From contig JANNAT010000142.1 of the NCBI GenBank assembly GCA_031384605.1, positions 6,367-70,366 on the forward strand: a stretch of 64,000 bases of DNA. Reading direction: 5' to 3'. A program made the translations under genes and the position numbers. The notes below the pieces were generated by a model. The model was given only the letters and a program-made list of their open reading frames with translations, had not been told where the DNA came from and did not search any database. Origin of the DNA: Cypionkella sp. (GTDB lineage Bacteria; Pseudomonadota; Alphaproteobacteria; Rhodobacterales; Rhodobacteraceae). This document shows, in pieces, positions 8,694-16,125 of the stretch (the stretch's first letter is position 1; every line of letters starts with the position of its first letter).

Positions 8694-8729
8694 TGAGTCC
8701 CGTGCCGAGTCGATTGTGTCGGAAGCGCG

Positions 8730-8802
8730 TGCCGCACGAGGGACTCGAACCCCCTACCCCCTATTTACGAAACAGGTGCTCTACCGGATGAGCTAGTGCG
8801 GC
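8730..8802 (-). tRNA. tRNA-Thr (anticodon CGT), no encoded CCA
   Basis: Hand-folded 73-nt cloverleaf: GCCGCAC TA GCTC ATCCGGTA GAGC A CCTGT TTCGTAA ATAGG GGGTA GGGGG TTCGAGT CCCTC GTGCGGC A. All stems pair. The 3' flank is CGC, not CCA. Confidence 0.9.
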
Positions 8803-9144
8803 CACGCGTTTGTGCATGTAAACGACGAGGGTGAATCCTGCAAGTCAAATACCTGCAGCGGAAGAACGAACGGGCCTCAGGCAACAAACCGGAGCAGCGA
8901 TCCGAAGGCCAGCGTCAGAAGCGTCTTGATTATGGGAGGTCCACGTCAGTGATGCGACGTCCTACGCTCACCCAGCGCGCACATTTCCCTGTGTCTCGTG
9001 TTTTCGCCTGCCATGATGGGGCGCGACCAATGAACCGCCATGCGCCTACGCGCTCCTGCGGACGGCATCACGACGTCAAACTCCTGCCCCAATGTCTTGC
9101 TAAACCGCCCAGAAAATGGAGTAGAAGCCGTGAGTTCATGGAGA

Positions 9145-9507
9145 ATGCAAGACAGGCCTTACTGGCCAACCTTGATCGAACGCGTTGAAGTGATGGTTGC
9201 GAATGGCGAACATCGCCACTCCATCAGCGAAGCTATCTTTAAGGAGTTCGGCCTTCCTCGTCAGTCGTTCGGTATCGCCGTCCGCCGTGGGGACATTCCC
9301 GCCATGCCTGCAAAAGACAAATTGCGGGCGGCTGCGCGCAAGGCGGGTGAAACGACATATCGCTCGGAGACCTGCGTGACGTGCGGCAGTCTTATCCGGT
9401 ATGTAGCAGACTACCGCTGCGTGGCCTGCGACATGAAATATGCAAAGACCTACGCCCCAATGGCTGAAACGACGATGGACCGCCCTCATGCCACCCAGCT
9501 GTTATAA
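9145..9507 (+). CDS. hypothetical protein with C-terminal CxxC...CxxC zinc ribbon
   Basis: ORF 9040..9507 trimmed to ATG 9145 (GTG 9130 also possible, with GGAG upstream). Contains CVTCGSLIRYVADYRCVAC. Confidence 0.5.
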   Translation: MQDRPYWPTLIERVEVMVANGEHRHSISEAIFKEFGLPRQSFGIAVRRGDIPAMPAKDKLRAAARKAGETTYRSETCVTCGSLIRYVADYRCVACDMKYAKTYAPMAETTMDRPHATQLL

Positions 9508-9528
9508 CCGAATTATCAGGCCTGCGGC

Positions 9529-9762
9529 TCAGTCCAAATCTCCGAAGCAGTCTGACTCGGTCATAAACCCTAACGCATGGGCGCGCCGTTGCTCGTTCAG
9601 CGGGTCATCCACGAACTTGCCTTCCAGCGGGTAGGCCGTGGCCTGCGCGCCGTCGGCGAAGATCACCAGCCACACGCCGGGGTCTAGCTGCTCGACACGG
9701 GCAATTTCCGGCAGGCCCGAGAACATGCCCCGAACGCCTTCGTCTGTGTCAGGGTGTGGCAT
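9529..9762 (-). CDS. small hypothetical protein
   Basis: ORF 9529..9870 trimmed to the first ATG (9762); ATG 9726 is preceded by GAAGG. Convergent with the zinc-ribbon ORF. No recognisable domain. Confidence 0.35.
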   Translation of the reverse strand: MPHPDTDEGVRGMFSGLPEIARVEQLDPGVWLVIFADGAQATAYPLEGKFVDDPLNEQRRAHALGFMTESDCFGDLD

Positions 9763-10090
9763 TCGGCGGCGATCCTGTAGGGCGTGGGGCGCACGGTCTT
9801 GGGGCGCGATGCAATGATGGCCAAGGCACGACGGCGACCGAGGCGCGGGTTGGGTCGGTCGCAGCGCCACTCCTCGCGCAAAACAAGCGGGAAGTCACGC
9901 TCTGGCAGCGAGGGGGTGGGTCGGATGAAGAACATGCAGAAGCCTCCGTTGCTGATCGAGGCTCATGCATAAGTTCCATTTTTGTTCTTGCTCAACCAAA
10001 GTTTTTGCACCACCTTCCGCCTTCACCGTTTGTTAGCCTTGGACAACCGATAGTGGCTTGCGATAGTCAATATGTAGCGAAGGAGCGACC

Positions 10091-11236
10091 ATGCCGCACA
10101 CTTACTACGATTTCTTCGCGGGCGGCGGCATGGCTGGATTCGGCCTTGGCACGGACTGGAAGTGCTTGTTCGCGAATGACATTGACGCAAAGAAAGCGGC
10201 CAGCTACCGCGCGAACCATTACGGCGGCAAAGAGCTGTTGCTCAAGGACGTCGCGACAGTGACGCCGGATGAAATACCCGGTTACGCCGATCTCGTCTGG
10301 GCATCGTTCCCATGCCAAGACTTATCACTGGCTGGTAAAGGCGCTGGGCTGGCGGGCAAACGCTCAGGCATGTTCAAACCGTTTTGGCAGCTTGTCCGCG
10401 ACCTTCATGCCGAAGGGCGTGGCCCAAAGATGGTGGCCGTTGAGAATGTCTATGGCGCGATTACCAGCAATGGCGGGCGCGACTTTGCCACGCTGGCCGC
10501 ATCGTTCTCGGGACTCGGGTATCGGTTCGGGGCAGTCGTCGTCGATGCGGTTCACTTCTTGCCGCAGTCACGCCCGCGCTTCATCATCATCGGAATTAGG
10601 GGCGATCTTCGTATCCCAGACGGTTGCATACAAGATGCACCGTCGTCGGTCTGGCACCCACCCGCACTGATCGAAGGTCACAACCTGCTTTCGGTAACGG
10701 CAAAAGCACGTTGGGTATGGTGGAATCTGCCCGTCCCACAGGCGCGGGGAACCAAACTATCCGACCTGATTGAGGACCACCCGAAAGGTGTGAAGTGGCA
10801 CACAAAAGCCGAGACGCAATACCTGCTCGACATGATGACCGACCTCAACCGCAAAAAGGTGGAAGCGGCAAAACAGCTTGGCACAAAGGCTGTCGGCACG
10901 ATCTATCGGCGCACGCGACTCGACGAGAATGGAATCAAACGCCAGCGGGCAGAGATACGGTTCGATGAGGTAGCCGGATGCCTGCGAACCCCTGCGGGCG
11001 GATCAAGCCGCCAGACCATCATGATCGTTGAAGGGGACAAGGTGCGGTCGCGCCTCCTGTCGCCGCGTGAGGCTGTATCGCTGATGGGCTTGCCGCCGTC
11101 CTACATTCTGCCTGAGCGGTACAATGACGCCTACAAGCTGGCTGGTGACGGCGTTGCCGTGCCTGTTGTCAGACATTTAGCAGAGGCGATCTTTGAGCCG
11201 CTGCTAATGCGGAATCGACTCGCTTTGGTCGCGTAA
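10091..11236 (+). CDS. DNA (cytosine-5)-methyltransferase
   Basis: 381 aa with GAAGGAG RBS. C5-MTase motifs are present in order: FAGGGMAGFGL (I), SFPCQDLSLAG (IV), AVENV (VI), QSRPRFIIIG (VIII), GDGVAVPV (X). Confidence 0.92.
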   Translation: MPHTYYDFFAGGGMAGFGLGTDWKCLFANDIDAKKAASYRANHYGGKELLLKDVATVTPDEIPGYADLVWASFPCQDLSLAGKGAGLAGKRSGMFKPFWQLVRDLHAEGRGPKMVAVENVYGAITSNGGRDFATLAASFSGLGYRFGAVVVDAVHFLPQSRPRFIIIGIRGDLRIPDGCIQDAPSSVWHPPALIEGHNLLSVTAKARWVWWNLPVPQARGTKLSDLIEDHPKGVKWHTKAETQYLLDMMTDLNRKKVEAAKQLGTKAVGTIYRRTRLDENGIKRQRAEIRFDEVAGCLRTPAGGSSRQTIMIVEGDKVRSRLLSPREAVSLMGLPPSYILPERYNDAYKLAGDGVAVPVVRHLAEAIFEPLLMRNRLALVA

Positions 11237-11255
11237 TTTCCAGTAAGTATCGGTC

Positions 11256-11975
11256 ATGACTGACCGAAACCCAGATGATACCAATTTCCCGCCATTCGAA
11301 ACCGAAGACCTTCGGACGAATTTGGCTGCATTTTTATCTGTCCCTTTTGACGACCCAATATTGGGTCGCGCGCGACCTGTCGGGTCGTTCACTTGGGGCG
11401 TGTATGCCTTCTTCGATTATGACGGTGAGCCGATCTACGTGGGGCAGACCAAAGAGAAGATCAGCACGCGGATTCGGAGGCACCTGACAAACCAACGCAC
11501 AGATGCTGTCGCAATGTCGGTGCTTGATCCGTTCGAGGTTTACGAGATCGAGGTGTGGCCGCTGCCGCAGTTTGAGAAAACGCCGAAAGGCGATCTTGCC
11601 GCCAAGGCTCACTTGGATGCGCTGGAACATTTCGTCTATAGCAACGCCGTGACCAACAGCACATTTAGGGCCGTGCTGAACGAGAAAGACCCGCCCGCAC
11701 CCACGGTGGCCGTTACAGCCCCACCCTCCCTGCGCTATTGCATCGTGTCGGAGCACGTCCACAAGATCAGGTCGCACCCTGATTTCCGCACTGCGCGCCG
11801 CGCGCTGATCATATCGCGTCTTGCGCAAGTAATCGCTGAACGGAAGGTGCAAGGCGGTTTGCGCCGCGTGCTGCTGACACAGGCCAAGCGCCTGCAATGG
11901 CTTGCTGATCGCCGCTACAATGCCCTTGGTGGTGCGGCATCGGTCGAAACCGAAGCCAGCGGCGAGGACGAATAG
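11256..11975 (+). CDS. GIY-YIG nuclease family protein, putative restriction endonuclease partner
   Basis: 239 aa, 19 nt downstream of the methyltransferase gene on the same strand. Contains GVYAFFDYDGEPIYVGQTKEKISTRIRRH, followed by YEIEVW (GIY..YIG, conserved Arg and Glu). Confidence 0.7.
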   Translation: MTDRNPDDTNFPPFETEDLRTNLAAFLSVPFDDPILGRARPVGSFTWGVYAFFDYDGEPIYVGQTKEKISTRIRRHLTNQRTDAVAMSVLDPFEVYEIEVWPLPQFEKTPKGDLAAKAHLDALEHFVYSNAVTNSTFRAVLNEKDPPAPTVAVTAPPSLRYCIVSEHVHKIRSHPDFRTARRALIISRLAQVIAERKVQGGLRRVLLTQAKRLQWLADRRYNALGGAASVETEASGEDE

Positions 11976-12140
11976 CAGCCAACGCAGAACGCGTCGTGGC
12001 TTAGGCGGTTCGATGATCGCGCCCCATCACGGTAGGGCGAAACACCACAATCGCAGTGCTACCCCGGTTCTGCTGCGTCTCTCGTGGCGTTCAAGGTGCA
12101 ACGGCCCAGTCGGTCAACATGAACGAAGGGACAGCGCGCG

Positions 12141-12323
12141 TCAGAACGGGCTTTCGTTCGGATCGGACGGGGGCACCTTCGGGTTGGGCTGGTGCTGTAG
12201 TCCATACTTCTTGAGCATCTCAGGATGAACGGTCAGGCCAAGTGACAGGGCTTCAAGAATAAGCTTGTGCTCTTTCTGCTTTACTTTGTCGTGCACTGCT
12301 CGAAGCAGCCTCACCATCGCCAA
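12141..12323 (-). CDS. small ORF, possibly the tail of a decayed larger gene
   Basis: 60 aa with TTG/ATG start. The same frame stays open and protein-like for about 28 more codons upstream (HERLSKALASATQAYGYNTLFEP) with no start codon. Confidence 0.3.
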   Translation of the reverse strand: MAMVRLLRAVHDKVKQKEHKLILEALSLGLTVHPEMLKKYGLQHQPNPKVPPSDPNESPF

Positions 12324-12465
12324 TGGCTCAAACAGTGTGTTGTAACCATATGCTTGGGTAGCACTCGCAAGCGCCTTGCTTAACCGCTCATGACGTCGTG
12401 ATGATCGGTCCTATCCCGAGTTCGCTGCAACCGAGAGTTGAGTTGTTGTGCCCTCGTTCGTTGTC

Positions 12466-12837
12466 TTAACCGAGTAATGGTATGGACGCCGACAACTGCA
12501 ACACGTCGCGCCACCAAGGCGCGCCCGCTATTTGCTTCATCCAGTGGACCAACTGATCCGCCTCAGGCGGACCGTCGGCGGGCAGATACTGTCGCGGGTG
12601 AGCCGTCTGGCTCTCGATCAGGCTGTCCAGCGCTTGCACTGGCTCGTCCCAGACCGGATGGCCGTTCAAGGCGCGGTTCCAAGAACTGTAGTCCTTCGCC
12701 TCGTCGAACCAGTCCGCCTTAAACGGGGTGTTGCACAGATCAACGATCCGTTGCTTCGTGACGTTGAACCGCAAGAGTCGTGCTGCGTCATTCGGATGAA
12801 ATTGCGCGACTTCGCGTTCTTCTTTTTGCTCCCGCAT
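12466..12837 (-). CDS. hypothetical protein translationally coupled to the Xis/AlpA-like gene
   Basis: 123/124 aa. Its ATG overlaps the TGA of the upstream gene (TGATG). No recognisable domain. Confidence 0.5.
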   Translation of the reverse strand: MREQKEEREVAQFHPNDAARLLRFNVTKQRIVDLCNTPFKADWFDEAKDYSSWNRALNGHPVWDEPVQALDSLIESQTAHPRQYLPADGPPEADQLVHWMKQIAGAPWWRDVLQLSASIPLLG

Positions 12838-13070
12838 CACTGATGCTCCTTCAAGAAGGTCACCAGATCATCGCGCAGGTAGCGAACAATGCGGGTATTT
12901 GGCTGGCTGTATTTCGGACCGGTCTTGTCTTTGCGCCAGCGAAACAGCGTTTCGGTTGTGACCCCGACATACTCGGCTGCTTCCGCAGGGGTCATCACTG
13001 CGGGTTGATGCGACCGGATAAGATCACGGTGCAGGTCAGCAAGCTGCTGGCCGATCATTTCGATTTTCAT
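12837..13070 (-). CDS. AlpA/excisionase-family helix-turn-helix DNA-binding protein
   Basis: 77 aa. MTPAEAAEYVGVTTETLFRWRKDKTGPKY is the MerR/AlpA-type excisionase HTH. It lies directly downstream of the integrase on the same strand. Confidence 0.75.
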   Translation of the reverse strand: MKIEMIGQQLADLHRDLIRSHQPAVMTPAEAAEYVGVTTETLFRWRKDKTGPKYSQPNTRIVRYLRDDLVTFLKEHQ

Positions 13071-13207
13071 AAGAGTTATCCAACGATGGGAGGTTACAGG
13101 GATATGCCCTCGTGGGGGCGATTTTCTCTGCGTTACCGTCGCTGGCCTTACTTCCCCTCAGGGCTAGTTTGGCCGTGCCGCACCGCTACACCGTTGATGT
13201 GATTGAA

Positions 13208-14440
13208 TTAGGCGGTCGCTTGGCGAATTTCAACAACATTGATAGGAGACAATCCGAATTGATTGTTGACGGAATTCGCAATCGCGTCTGCTGACCGCTT
13301 CTGCTCCTCCTGTGTCGGTTCGCCATAGTGACCGAGCATTCGCAGATCGTCGTCGGTCATGGTCTGCTGTGCAAGCCAGCGGTGAACGTGACGGGGCGCA
13401 ACCTCGCGGGCGGTGGACATCCACAGGTGGCGCAAATCGCCCGCCGCCGTCTTGGGCAAGCGGTCAAGCGCGTCCAGATGCCCACGTTCTTCGCCGATGA
13501 TGCGACGACTTGGAAATACCCAGTTGCAATCATCGGCCCGAATGTCGTGGAGGCGTTTAAACAGGCGCACCACGTCGTCGGCAATCGCGATGGTGCGCGA
13601 CACTTCCTGCTTCTTGAGCCTGTCGAACGTGACCGTGCCAGCGGCAAGGTTCACCTGATCCCATGTCAGCGAACGGAGCGAACGCCCCCTGAAACCCGTG
13701 TACCAAGTGATCAACCATGCAAGGCGGATATGTTCGTTTTCGATGTCGTCAATCTCGGCCTTCCGCACTTTCCAAGACACTCCCATGTCCAGCTTGCCTG
13801 TCTAGATCCGGCTTTTCATTTGGGTGTTGTCGAGCAAAGCGGGTATGGGCAGGGCAAGGGCGCACAGGCGATTGACGAACCGAACAACCGCGCCTGCAAA
13901 CCTTCTACGTCAACAAGTGGCACCCGACGGCGCAGAAAACGCGCGCGGTCAAACTCGGCCAATGGGCGGCATAGTGCACGCATTGCGCTTGGGCAAAGAA
14001 GCAGGTCGGAAAGGTCGTCCTCGACATTCAGGAGGGCAATGTTCGGACCAAGGAGGAGAAGGCCGTCGAGGCCGAGGCGCTGGGCGTGCCGACATTCCGC
14101 GAGGCGCTGGATCAATACATCGCGCATCGGACAACTGCCCGCGCATCTGGTAAGGCGCGCATTATCGAAGCGACCTCCAAGGACTATCAGCAGTCGTTCG
14201 ACAAGCATTTGGGCAAGTGGGAAAAGGTGCTGGTGACGGACCTGCCCGTTTTGGAGATCAATCGCTACCTGAACGCATTGCAGGTTGCGCACCCTCATGC
14301 TGCCCACCGCGCGGCGTCGATTTCGTCCCTCCCGACGTGACGCACAACCTCAACCCCTTCACGTCGGGATCGGTGAACCAAGTGGTCTTGTCCGCGCTCA
14401 GGGTGCGCAGGTTCGTGTCGGTGAACTTGATCGCGGGCAT
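13208..14440 (-). pseudogene. tyrosine integrase (DUF4102 Arm-domain type) disrupted by an internal inversion and two in-frame TAG codons
   Basis: The Arm-domain N-terminus MPAIKFTDTNLRTLSADKTTWFTDPDVKGLRLCVTSGGTKS lies on the minus strand (14440..14315). The middle part ...TFYVNKWHPTAQKTRAVKLGQW...TFREALDQYIAHR...INRYLNALQ... lies on the PLUS strand (13888..14314). The catalytic part VVRFVNRL...YTGFRGRSL...DLRHLW...LGHY lies on the minus strand (13887..13208). The pieces total 1233 nt, or 411 codons. Confidence 0.8.
13888..14314 (+). other. inverted internal segment of the integrase gene, bounded by a 6-bp inverted repeat
   Basis: CCGCGC at 13888-13893 and GCGCGG at 14309-14314 are exact reverse complements. 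Flipping this 427-bp segment joins all three coding pieces in one frame (checked by coordinate arithmetic mod 3 at both junctions). Confidence 0.7.
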
Positions 14441-14486
14441 TTTGTGGTTCCTTGTAACGCCGTTGGATTTACAGGGCCGACGATAC

Positions 14487-14565
14487 GATCTAACACCACC
14501 GTGACACAACCGAATGTTGGTCGGTTGCCTTATTTCATTGGGTAATGTTGATCTAACACCACCGT
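14487..14565. repeat. two 16-bp direct repeats GATCTAACACCACCGT just upstream of the integrase start
   Basis: Exact copies at 14487-14502 and 14550-14565, 63 bp apart start to start. AATGTTG is also duplicated next to them. The position fits arm-type integrase sites or an att region. Confidence 0.6.
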
Positions 14566-14668
14566 ATGTTGCCACAGTTTACGCATTACGAATGATGTGC
14601 TCTACGAGCTGAACTATTCGGGCAGTGAGCGTTTATTTATCAGCCTGTCACTGCCAGCACAAGATGCG

Positions 14669-16117
14669 CTAATTTGCGCCGCGCGCGACGGCGGCCAGAT
14701 CAATAACCTCTGCGTCAGGCGCGATGACGACTGGTTTTGGCGGCGGGTTAACCAAAAGGGGCAAAAGTTCAGATCCAGTGGCGCTTGGCCCGGTTGTCTC
14801 GGCGGGTTCACGCCATGACAGCGTGTCAAACCCGGCGCAGTTTTCGCAGATTGGGGCCCAGGTGGAATGGATGGCCTGACATTTATCACAACACCATTGC
14901 GGGCCGCGCGGGGCCGTCAGCGCCCGCGCCAGCCAGCCCCGCACCACGGATTCGTCACTGCCTTCGCCACGCTCTATCGCCGCCATGATGGCAAGACTGC
15001 GCTGGGTTGGGTGACGGGTGATCAGATCAGCCAGGGCACGGCGCGCCTGCGGGAAATCTTCCGCCGAGATATTCAGTTCCGCCAAAAGCATCAGGGTTTC
15101 ATCATTATTGGGTTGCGCTTGGGTCAAAACCTTGAACCGTTTCAACCGCGCGGTGGGAGTCTCATCAGGCTCTATCATGGCAAAAGCGGCGGCAAGATCG
15201 GGGTGCGGGCGCACGTCCCATGCCTTTTTCAAGACGCGGGTGGCAGCTTTCTTATCGCCTTTGTCGATCAGGCTGCGCGCGGCCATCGCGGCAGCAGGGA
15301 TCAGATCGGGTGACAAACGGTTTGCCTCAATCGCGGCCTCACGCGCGTCGATGCTGGCGCTGTCATCCATCACCATGCGCGCCTCTTGCAAGGCCAACAC
15401 GGCATCGCGGCGGCGGTAAACCTCTTTGGGCAGCGCGCCCGCCTTCATCTTCGCGCCTAAAGTGGCGCGCGCGCCTTTCCAATCAGCGGATTCAGACTGA
15501 AGTTTCAGCAAAATATCCTGCGTTTCGGAATGTTTTGGCTTCAGTGCAAAAGCCTTTTCTGCCAGCTTCAGAGCCATATCCGTGTCACCTTCTGCCAGTT
15601 TTTGACGCAAAAGCCCCCGCACCCCAACAAAGCGCGTGGTGTCATCGGCAAGCAGCGCTTTATAGGCGTCCGTCGCGCGCTTACCGTCACCTGCGGCTTC
15701 GGCGGCTTGGGCGATCAGCAGGGTGGTCAGGGCTGGTTTGGCCAAATATTTCTCGGCCCGCTGCGCCCGCATCAACGCAAGCCGCCCATCCCCAGAGGCC
15801 AAAGCAAGCAGGCCGTCATTCAACGCCTGATAGCCTTTGCGTTCACGGTTGCGATCAAAATAGCGCGAGATCGCCGTTTCGTCACCATTCAGAAACCGGA
15901 TCACCGCCACAACCAAGCCGACCAGTTTCATCACAGTCCACAACAAAACCACCAAAACCAGCAAGACAATTGCCGTTTGCAGCGGCCCCAGGGTAAATTC
16001 CCAACCGGCAGCGGCGATGCGAATGCCCTCATCGCTGTGCAGCAAGATATCCGCGCCAAACGTGATGCCCGCAATTGCGGCGATGAACAACAGAACCTTG
16101 ACCAATGACCAGATCAT
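14669..16117 (-). CDS. HemY N-terminal-domain / TPR membrane protein (heme biosynthesis-associated)
   Basis: Start moved to ATG 16117 (MIWSLVKVLLFIAAIAGITFG, with two TM segments). TPR-like Ala-rich body and a C-terminal CDKCQ...CENC zinc ribbon. Sits in the usual position next to hemD. Confidence 0.75.
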   Translation of the reverse strand: MIWSLVKVLLFIAAIAGITFGADILLHSDEGIRIAAAGWEFTLGPLQTAIVLLVLVVLLWTVMKLVGLVVAVIRFLNGDETAISRYFDRNRERKGYQALNDGLLALASGDGRLALMRAQRAEKYLAKPALTTLLIAQAAEAAGDGKRATDAYKALLADDTTRFVGVRGLLRQKLAEGDTDMALKLAEKAFALKPKHSETQDILLKLQSESADWKGARATLGAKMKAGALPKEVYRRRDAVLALQEARMVMDDSASIDAREAAIEANRLSPDLIPAAAMAARSLIDKGDKKAATRVLKKAWDVRPHPDLAAAFAMIEPDETPTARLKRFKVLTQAQPNNDETLMLLAELNISAEDFPQARRALADLITRHPTQRSLAIMAAIERGEGSDESVVRGWLARALTAPRGPQWCCDKCQAIHSTWAPICENCAGFDTLSWREPAETTGPSATGSELLPLLVNPPPKPVVIAPDAEVIDLAAVARGAN

Positions 16118-16125
16118 GTTGCCCC

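Larger units (their letters stand above)
6771..14600. mobile_element. composite genomic island / island remnant between the HpcH aldolase gene and hemY
   Basis: Contents are a tRNA-like fragment, tRNA-Thr, a decayed tyrosine integrase, an AlpA/Xis-like gene, an R-M pair and orphan ORFs. The core genes on either side are unrelated to all of these. The 6.8-8.6 kb part is about 48-50% GC in hand-counted 60-nt samples. Exact borders are not determined. Confidence 0.65.

Noticed and set aside
9756-10262. 168-aa plus-strand ORF overlapping the methyltransferase start
   Set aside because: It overlaps the 5' end of the motif-bearing C5-MTase gene in another frame and is antisense to the small minus-strand ORF. 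It has no RBS.
7293-13974. Three in-frame TAG codons in the island (B/C junction, two in the integrase) as programmed amber recoding
   Set aside because: No pyl or suppressor machinery is visible. Normal genes in the window, such as the Mic60-like gene, terminate with TAG. The integrase also carries an inversion and eroded catalytic motifs. Ordinary nonsense decay, plus a one-in-three frame coincidence, is the simpler explanation.
13328-14236. 302-aa plus-strand ORF across the integrase region
   Set aside because: It is mostly antisense to the integrase catalytic part. Within the inverted segment it is in a different frame from the integrase-like translation. The extremely Arg-rich sequence is not protein-like.
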